From an uncultured delta proteobacterium (GTDB taxonomy: Bacteria; Myxococcota; Myxococcia; Myxococcales; Anaeromyxobacteraceae): 64,000 nucleotides of DNA. The stretch spans positions 384,001-448,000 of the forward strand of contig CAWFDF010000014.1 of the NCBI GenBank assembly GCA_963814585.1, written 5' to 3'. This document shows positions 56,834 through 64,000 of this stretch, in pieces (the stretch's first letter is position 1; the number at the start of each line of letters is the position of its first letter). The notes under the pieces were generated by a model. It did no database searches, had not been told where the DNA came from, and saw nothing but the letters and a program-made list of their open reading frames with translations. A program made the translations under genes and the position numbers.

Positions 56834-58261
56834 CTAGCGCTGCAGCGCCGGCCGCCAGAGCTGGCGACGCCCCGGCTCGACGGCCAGCTCGAGCTCGGCG
56901 GTGCCCAGCCCGGGGTGCTCGGCGCTCAGCCGGTGGGTGCCGGCCGGCAGCCGCAGCTCCTGGGGCGTCTCGCCGACGGTGGCGCCGTCGACCCTCACCA
57001 CCGCCCAGGGGATGACATGGACCCGGACCACGCCCAGGCCCTGCCCGGCCGCCTCCGCGTCGAAGCCGCCCAGGGACCAGAGACCGGGGCCGAGGCTGGC
57101 TGGCTGGGCTGGTGCCGCCAGCGCTGGCGGCGGCGCGGCGGCGCCTCCCTGGCGCACGGCCAGCCGATGCCAGCCCCACCCCGCGACCAGGGCGGCGACG
57201 GCCAGCAGCGAGCCGATCACCCGCCTCCGCAGGCGAGCGGGCGCCAGCGCGGTCACCGTGGCCGGGTCCGGCGGATCGCCGGCCGGCGGCACCGGCCACG
57301 GCGAGGCCCGCCGCGCCGTCGGCTCCGCCGCCAGTCCAGGGAGGTCGCCGTCGGGCCAGAGCCGCTGCATCAGCCCGCGCAGGTCCTGCTCCTCGTGGCC
57401 CCGGGCCAGCTCCAGCCACTGCGTCGCCAGCGCCGCGCGCAGCGCCTCGGCCGAGGTGGTCCTTCGTTCCGGATCGCGCGCCAGCGCCGAGAGGATGACC
57501 TCGTCCAGGGCGCGTGGCACCGCCTCGTTCCACGCCGACGGCGGCCCCACCGGCGGTGCGTCCAGCACCGCCGCCAGCGTGGCGGCCTCGGTCTCGCGCG
57601 CGAAGAGCCGCCGCCCGGCGCACAGCTCCCAGAGCACCACGCCGAGCGCGAAGACGTCGGCGCGGCCGTCGACCGGATCGCCGCGCGCCTGCTCCGGCGC
57701 CATGTAGGCCAGCTTGCCCTTCAGGGTGCCGGGAGCGGTCAGATCCAGGCGGCTGGTCGCCCGGGCGATGCCGAAGTCGGCCAGCTTCACCTCGCCCTCG
57801 TAGGAGAGGAGGATGTTGTGGGGCGAGACGTCGCGGTGCACCAGGCCGACGCGCTGGCCGTCGACGGTGAGCCGGTGGGCGTAAGCGAGCGCCTTGGCCA
57901 CCTCCACGCCGACCAGGACGGAGCGCGCCAGCCCGGGCCGGACGCCCAGTTCCCGGCAGCGCTCCATCACCCGGCCGAGGTCACGGCCGCGCACCAGCTC
58001 CATGACCAGCCCGAAGCGGCCCCCCGCCTCCACCAGCTCGAACAGCTGCACCACGTTGGCGTGGTGCAACCGCGCCACCAGCCGAGCCTCCTCCACCAGC
58101 ATCCGGGCGAACTCCCCGGCGGCATCCGGCGCGCCCCGCACCAGCTTGAGGGCCACCTCGGTGCGGACCCCGGCCGGCCCGTCCACCTCGGCCCTCCAGA
58201 TCTCGGCCATCCCACCCGACGCGAGCGGCGCGATGATCCGGTACCTGCCGAAGCTCTCCAC
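56834..58261 (-). CDS. Membrane Ser/Thr protein kinase with PEGA domain
   Basis: GGMAEIW, ALK, HRDVSPHN, DFG, YMAPE, TM helix, PWAVVRVDG...GETP. Confidence 0.93.
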   Translation of the reverse strand: MESFGRYRIIAPLASGGMAEIWRAEVDGPAGVRTEVALKLVRGAPDAAGEFARMLVEEARLVARLHHANVVQLFELVEAGGRFGLVMELVRGRDLGRVMERCRELGVRPGLARSVLVGVEVAKALAYAHRLTVDGQRVGLVHRDVSPHNILLSYEGEVKLADFGIARATSRLDLTAPGTLKGKLAYMAPEQARGDPVDGRADVFALGVVLWELCAGRRLFARETEAATLAAVLDAPPVGPPSAWNEAVPRALDEVILSALARDPERRTTSAEALRAALATQWLELARGHEEQDLRGLMQRLWPDGDLPGLAAEPTARRASPWPVPPAGDPPDPATVTALAPARLRRRVIGSLLAVAALVAGWGWHRLAVRQGGAAAPPPALAAPAQPASLGPGLWSLGGFDAEAAGQGLGVVRVHVIPWAVVRVDGATVGETPQELRLPAGTHRLSAEHPGLGTAELELAVEPGRRQLWRPALQR

Positions 58262-58432
58262 GGTGGGTCGAGTGTACCGCTCCCGGGCGCCCCGTGGGCG
58301 GGCGTGTTATCGAGGAGCGGTGACCGCCGCCCCGCTGGCCCCCTGCCTGGCCGCCGCCGATGACCGCCTCGCCGCCCTCGACCGGGTCCTCGCGTCGCCC
58401 CGGCAGGTGGCGCCCCCGCGGGAGGACGGCCC

Positions 58433-58924
58433 GTGAGCGCGCTGCGGTGGCCGACGCTGGCCGAGCTGCTGCTGCGCCCTCGCCGCGAGGCGCTGGCAGC
58501 CTTCACCGCCCGCGGCTGGCGCGCCTGGTCGGACCCGCTGTCGCTCGACGCCGAGCGGCGCCGCCTGCTCAACGTCGACCTCTCCGAGCCGGACGTCGCC
58601 TTCACCGCGGCCGACCTGGTGCTGGCGGTGGCCCGTGTCGAGGCCGACCTGGCTGGCCTGGTGACCCTGGTCGAGCTGGTGGCGGCCGAGCCGGCCCGGC
58701 CGGCCCAGGTGGCGGCCCAGCTCCTCGCCACGACCCCCGGTGAGCCCCGCACCGGCGGCGACGCGGCGGCGCGCGAGTGGGTCTGGGGACCCGAGTCGGG
58801 CTCGGCGGCCACCGTGGGCGGCGAGCCGGTCAGGCTCTGGATCTGCGCCGAGCAGGCCTACGGTGATCGGCTCTGGCTGACCGCCTCGGTGGTGCGGCGC
58901 CCGAGCGATCCCGAGGAGGACTGA
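58433..58924 (+). CDS. Hypothetical protein
   Basis: 163-aa ORF with typical GC3 bias filling the gap between genes. Confidence 0.55.
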   Translation: MSALRWPTLAELLLRPRREALAAFTARGWRAWSDPLSLDAERRRLLNVDLSEPDVAFTAADLVLAVARVEADLAGLVTLVELVAAEPARPAQVAAQLLATTPGEPRTGGDAAAREWVWGPESGSAATVGGEPVRLWICAEQAYGDRLWLTASVVRRPSDPEED

Positions 58925-58925
58925 C

Positions 58926-59858
58926 TCACCCTCCTGGAGCCCACCCGGCCGCGCCCGCCAGCTCCAGCAGGAGCGGCGCCACGCCGGTGAGATCGCGCAC
59001 CGACTCCACCCTCGCGGCGGCGGGACCGAAGCCCAGCACCGGCACGCGGGCCAGGGTGTGGTTGCGCGTGGAGAGGTCCTCCAGGTTGCCGTGGTCGCTC
59101 GTCACCACCAGCGAGTCCCCGGGCCGCAGCCCCGCCACCAGCGCCCGCAGGAAGCGGTCGAGGCGGTCGAGCGCGTCGAGGGCGCGCGGCATGGAGCGGG
59201 CGTGGCCCGCCTCGTCGGTCTCGAAGAACTCGAAGGCGGCGACGTCGGCTCCGGCGGCGACGCTGGCGAAGATCCAGGCCGCCTCCTCCGGCGTCCGGCG
59301 CGGCAGCCGCAGGCCCAGCTCCTCGGCCCGCCGCGCGGTCAGGTCGTGGGTGAGACCTCGCCCGGCGCGGGCGTCGTCGAAGGTCCGGAAGCTGCCGCCG
59401 CCCGCGGCGAAGGCCACGGTGGTGGCCGAGGCGCGGACCCGGCGAGGGATGTCGAATTCCGGCTCGCCCTCGACGGGGAAGCCCAGCGCGCGCAGGTACG
59501 CCACCGGGTAGGCGTTGGCGAAGACGGCGCGCCGGCCGGCCTCGGCCAGCCGCCGGTAGACGGAGCGCCGCTCCAGCAGCGCCCGGAGCCGAGGGTTGGG
59601 GAAGCCGAGCAGGTGCTTGCCGAGGAGCGCCGGGGCGTTCTCGCCGGTGAGGATGGTGGCCTGCCCGGTCGCCGACTGCGGCCGCCCTTCCACGCCGAGC
59701 CGGGCGTCGGCCAGACCGGCCCGGCCTCCCGCCGGGAGCGCCGTGCCGCTCCCGTCCTCGAAGCGCGAGAGCAGGAAGGGGGCCCGGGCGAGCGGGTTCA
59801 CGGCCGGGTCGGGCCTCCCCGCGCCCACGCCGTCGACGAAGACGAAGAGGAGCGACAC
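58926..59858 (-). CDS. Metalloenzyme (alkaline phosphatase / phosphomutase superfamily)
   Basis: FVFVDGVG, PQSATGQ, TDEAGH, VTSDHGN. Confidence 0.85.
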   Translation of the reverse strand: MSLLFVFVDGVGAGRPDPAVNPLARAPFLLSRFEDGSGTALPAGGRAGLADARLGVEGRPQSATGQATILTGENAPALLGKHLLGFPNPRLRALLERRSVYRRLAEAGRRAVFANAYPVAYLRALGFPVEGEPEFDIPRRVRASATTVAFAAGGGSFRTFDDARAGRGLTHDLTARRAEELGLRLPRRTPEEAAWIFASVAAGADVAAFEFFETDEAGHARSMPRALDALDRLDRFLRALVAGLRPGDSLVVTSDHGNLEDLSTRNHTLARVPVLGFGPAAARVESVRDLTGVAPLLLELAGAAGWAPGG

Positions 59859-59970
59859 GACGGGATGATAATCGCCCGCGCCGGCCGCGCCGCCCCGGCT
59901 TTCCTTCGCCGCCCGGCCGGACCGGCGCTATTCTCCCGCCGCCCATCGCCCGCCCCGCCCGAGAGCCACG

Positions 59971-61259
59971 ATGCCCCGCCTCCCCGACACCCGCTTCGAC
60001 GCCGACTGCACCATCCTGGTCGACGGCCGCGCGGTCGCCGCCCGCGCCGGCGAGCCCATCGCCACGGCGCTCCTCTCCGCTGGCCGCCCGCTGCTGGCCC
60101 GCAGCCACAAGTACCACCGGCCGCGCGGCCCCTTCTGCCTGGCCGGCAGCTGCCATTCCTGCCTGGTGCGCGTCGACGGCCAGCCCAACGTCCGCGCCTG
60201 CCGGGCGCCCTGCGCCGAGGGGCTGGTGGTGGAGACCCAGCACGCCTTCCCGGACGCCGCCCACGACCTGCTCGCGGTCATCGACCTGGCCACCCCGGGC
60301 GGCCTCGACCACCACCACCTGGGCACCTCCAGCCTGACGCTCAACCGGGCGGTGGTCGCCTTCTCCCGGCGGCTGGCCGGTCTCGGCAAGCTCCCCGACC
60401 GGCCCCTCCCCTCGCCGGCGACGCCGGTGGAGGAGCGGTTCGACGCGCTGGTGATCGGGGCCGGGCCCGCCGGCCTCTCGGCCGCCGAGGCGCTGGCCGA
60501 GGCCGGTCGGCGGGTCCTGCTGGCCGACTCGGAGCCACGGGCCGGAGGGCGCCTGCGCTGCCACTACCGGCTTCCCGGCGAACCGCAGCTGTCGCTGGCG
60601 GGCCAGGCCGAGGCCCGGGTGGCGGCGGCAGGTGGCGAGGTGGCGCTCGACGCCCCGGTGCTCGGCCTCTGGCTCGACGGGGGATCGGTGCTGGCGCTCC
60701 TGCACCGGCGCGGCGATCCGCCCCGGCTGCGGCTGGTGCGCCCGGGGCGCGTCCTGCTCTGCGCCGGCGGCACGGCGGTGCCGGCCGGGATCGAGGACGG
60801 CGACCGGCCCGGCGTGCTCTGGGGACGCGGCCTGGCGGTGGCGCTGGCCGAGCACGGCACGGTGCCAGGTCGGCGCGCCGCCGTGCTGGGCCCGGAGAGG
60901 AGGCCGGCGCGCTCTCGGAACGGCTGGAGGAGGCCGGCATGGCGGTGACGCGCCTGGCGGAGGCGCGCCGGGTGCTCGGCCGGGCCCGGGTGCGCGCCGT
61001 CACCGACGGGAGCGGTGGCGCGATCCCGTGCGACACCGTCGCGGTGGTCCAGCCGCCGGCCCCGGCCACCGATCTGGCCCGCCTGCTGGGCGCGCCGGTG
61101 GTCTTCGACCGCTCGGCCGAGGCCTTCGCCGTCATCGCCGACGCTCGCGGCCGCACCGCGGTGCCAGGCCTGTTCGCGGCGGGCGAGGTGACCGGCGCCA
61201 TGGACGCCGTCCGGGCGGCCGAGGCCGGGCGCCGGGCCGGGGAGTCCGCCCGTGGGTAA
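59971..61259 (+). CDS. Sarcosine-oxidase / proline-dehydrogenase alpha-like subunit (2Fe-2S + FAD); frameshift near 60892
   Basis: [23 protein letters not shown]...RAC and IGAGPAG; C-terminus [14 protein letters not shown] is in the adjacent frame. Confidence 0.85.
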
Positions 61260-62737
61260 GACGCTGCTGTGTGGCTGCGAGGACGTCTCCCTCGACGAGG
61301 TGGACCGCGCCTTCGCGGCTGGCCACCGCGACATGGAGTCCGTGAAGCGCTACACCGGCTTCGGCACCGGGCCGTGCCAGGGGAAGAGCTGCCTGGCGCT
61401 GGTGGCCCGCGAGCTGCTCAGGCTGGGCGCCACCCCGGGCGAGATCGCGCCGTTCACCGCCCGTCCGCCGCGGGAACCGACCACGCTGGCCGCGCTGGCG
61501 GCGCTCGACCCGGCCACCCTGCCGGTCGGCGCGCGAGGGGATCCCGCCCGACGCCCCGCCACGCCCACCCGGCCCCGACGCCCTGCAGCCGCTGCCGGAC
61601 CGGGCCGAGGTCGTGATCATCGGCGGTGGCATCCTGGGGCTCTCGCTCGCCTACGAGCTGGCCCGGCGCGGGCGGCGCGACGTGCTGGTCCTCGACCAGG
61701 CCTACCTGAACGCCGGCGCCTCGGGGCGCAACGGCGGCGGGGTGCGGGCCCAGTGGTCGACGCCCGACATGGTGGAGCTGGCGCTCCGCTCCCTGGCGCT
61801 GTGCCGCCGCTTCGCCGTCGACCTCGGCATCAACGTCTGGTTCCGCCCCGGGGGCTACCTGTTCCTCGCCCCCGACGTCGCGCAGGTGGCCCGCCTGGAG
61901 CGCAACGCCGCGCTCCACGCCCGGCACGGGATGCGCACGCAGCTGCTCTCGCCGATCGAGGCGCTCGACGTGGTCCCCCACCTCGACCCGTCCCGCTACG
62001 TGGCCGCTTCCTGGAATCCCGACGACGGCGTGGTGTTCCCCTGGCCGTTCCTGTGGGGCTACGCGACCCAGGCCGAGGCCCTGGGGGTGCGGGTCCGCAC
62101 CTTCGCGCGCGTCACCGGCCTGCGGCACGCCGGCGCCCGGCTCACCCACGTGGAGACCAGCCGCGGCGTGGTGGCCTGCGACCTGGTGGTGAACGCGGCC
62201 GGGGCCTGGTCCAGGCAGGTGGCCGCGCTGGCCGGCGTGGTCACCCCCAACCGGCCGATCCGCCACGAGATCCTGGTGGGCGAGCCGCTCGAACCCTTCC
62301 TCGATCCGCTGGTCTCGCTGCTGGGCTCCGGCCTCTACTTCTCGCAGTCGCAGCGCGGCGAGCTGGTGGGCGGCATGGGCGATCCCGGCGAGCCCGAGGG
62401 GATCGCGCTCGGCTCCACCCTCCGCTTCCTGGCCCGCTTCGCCCGGGCCTCGACGCAGCTCATGCCCCGGCTCGGCGGCGTCAAGGTGGTCCGCCAGTGG
62501 GCCGGCTGCTACGACGTCACGCCCGACAACAACCCCATCCTCGGGCCGGCCGGGTTCGCCAACTTCCACCAGCTCCACGGCTTCGTCGGACACGGCTTCA
62601 TGATGGCCCCGGCCATGGCCGAGCGGTACGCCGACTGGCTTCTCGGCCGCGGCCGGCACGAGCTCTTCGACCGCTTCTCGCTGGACCGCTTCGCCGGCCC
62701 GGGTGGCGCCGTGCGCGAGGACTTCATCATCGGGTAG
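61252..62737 (+). CDS. BFD-like 2Fe-2S domain apparently fused to a sarcosine-oxidase-beta-like FAD oxidoreductase; frameshift near 61533
   Basis: Manual translation from GTG 61252 gives CGCEDV...[16 protein letters not shown] with no nearby stop; the next frame gives [31 protein letters not shown]. Confidence 0.8.
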
Positions 62738-62746
62738 AGTGCCGGC

Positions 62747-63577
62747 ATGCCACTCGGAAAGACCATCGCCTTCCTCGGCTCCGGCAACATGGCGGAGGCC
62801 CTCGTGAAGGGGCTGCTCCGCGCCCACGTCGCCGCCCCCAGCGAGATCATCTGCACCGACCGCCGCGCCGAGCGCGGGCCGGAGCTGACCCACAAGTACG
62901 GCGTCCGCTTCCAGAAGGACAACCTCGCCGCCACCGGCGAGGCGTCCATCGTGGTGCTCTCGGTCAAGCCACAGGCCATGAACAAGCTGCTGGAGGAGAT
63001 CAAGCCGGCGCTCGACCAGTCGAAGCTGGTCATCTCCATCGCCGCCGGCGTGCCCATCGAGGCCATCGAGCGCAAGGTGGGGCACGGCGTCCGGATCATC
63101 CGCACCATGCCCAACACGCCGGCCCTGGTGGGCGCCGGCGCCACGGCCCTGGCCCCCGGCGAGCACGCCACCGAGGAGGACCTGGCACAGGCCCGCGCCC
63201 TCTTCGAGGCCGTGGGCTTGGCGGTGGTGGTGGAGGAGCCCCTGCTCGACGCCGTCACCGGCCTCTCGGGCTCGGGGCCGGCCTACATCTTCCTGATCAT
63301 CGAGGCGCTGGCCGACGGTGGCGTCAAGGCCGGGCTGGCCCGGGACCAGGCCCAGGAGCTGGCGGCCCAGACCGTGCTCGGCTCGGCCAAGCTCCTCATC
63401 GAGACCGGCGAGCACCCGGGGCGGCTCAAGGACCAGGTGACCAGCCCGGGTGGCACCGCCATCGCCGGACTCCACACCCTCGAGGCCGGCGGGCTGCGCA
63501 CCACCCTGATGGACGCGGTCGAGGCGGCGACCAACCGCTCCCGCGAGCTGGGCAGGAAGTTCCTGGAGAAGGAGTGA
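62747..63577 (+). CDS. proC: Pyrroline-5-carboxylate reductase
   Basis: GSGNMA, SVKPQ, RTMPNTP, SGSGPAY, VTSPGGT. Confidence 0.97.
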   Translation: MPLGKTIAFLGSGNMAEALVKGLLRAHVAAPSEIICTDRRAERGPELTHKYGVRFQKDNLAATGEASIVVLSVKPQAMNKLLEEIKPALDQSKLVISIAAGVPIEAIERKVGHGVRIIRTMPNTPALVGAGATALAPGEHATEEDLAQARALFEAVGLAVVVEEPLLDAVTGLSGSGPAYIFLIIEALADGGVKAGLARDQAQELAAQTVLGSAKLLIETGEHPGRLKDQVTSPGGTAIAGLHTLEAGGLRTTLMDAVEAATNRSRELGRKFLEKE

Positions 63578-64000
63578 CCGCGCGCCGACGCCTCGCCCCG
63601 CTGGCCGCCCTGGGCATCGCCGCGGTCGCGGCCGGCTGTGCCCCGCTCTCGGTCGTGCCGGACGCCGAGCGGGAGCGGACCCACGCCGCGCTCGACGGCC
63701 AGGCCCGCTGGCTGCGCGTGGCGGTCTCCGTCTCGCCGCTCTTCGGCGACCGCGGCAAGCTGCTGCTGCTCGACGCCCCCACCGCCGAGGTGGACCTGCT
63801 GCGCGCCACCGACGGCACCGTCATCCCACCGCCGGCCCCCGAGCGGATCCTGCCTCCCGGCACGCCGGTCCGCATCGACCGGGTGGAGTTCCCCACCGGC
63901 ATGACCATCGCCGGCCGTGCCGTGATGTCGCCGCGCTACCACCCATGGGTCTACGTGAGGATCGCCGGCGAGGAGCGCCCGTACGTGGTGGTGCTCTCGC
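63574..64000 (+). CDS. Putative lipoprotein (partial; runs off the window)
   Basis: GTG overlaps the proC stop; [19 protein letters not shown] lipobox; frame open to the window end. Confidence 0.65.
   Translation, partial: MTARRRLAPLAALGIAAVAAGCAPLSVVPDAERERTHAALDGQARWLRVAVSVSPLFGDRGKLLLLDAPTAEVDLLRATDGTVIPPPAPERILPPGTPVRIDRVEFPTGMTIAGRAVMSPRYHPWVYVRIAGEERPYVVVLS

Overview
Very GC-rich chromosomal window from a myxobacterium, most like Anaeromyxobacter (inferred from RomR, an AgmX-like protein, a DUF4388/J/TPR protein and a PEGA kinase). It is mostly core genes: valS, the romR/CheW/REC-GGDEF locus, a Clp ATPase, nadD, namZ, two HAAT (liv-type) ABC operons, mutS2, rnr, moeA, yggX, tRNA-Ala(GGC), hemB, tsaC, lptFG, purE/D/H, a proline/sarcosine-dehydrogenase-like cluster and proC. 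I saw no CRISPR array, prophage or transposase. Seven single-base frameshifts in conserved genes look like assembly errors. The best unexplained features are: (1) an 8-copy non-coding GAACTACTCTGGG array between mutS2 and a porin gene; (2) a long-range RNA stem that buries the ribosome-binding site of a small XRE regulator and has a competing hairpin; (3) a 35-aa very basic microprotein; (4) enzyme homologues lacking canonical catalytic residues. Family names come from motif recognition by eye; no searches were run.
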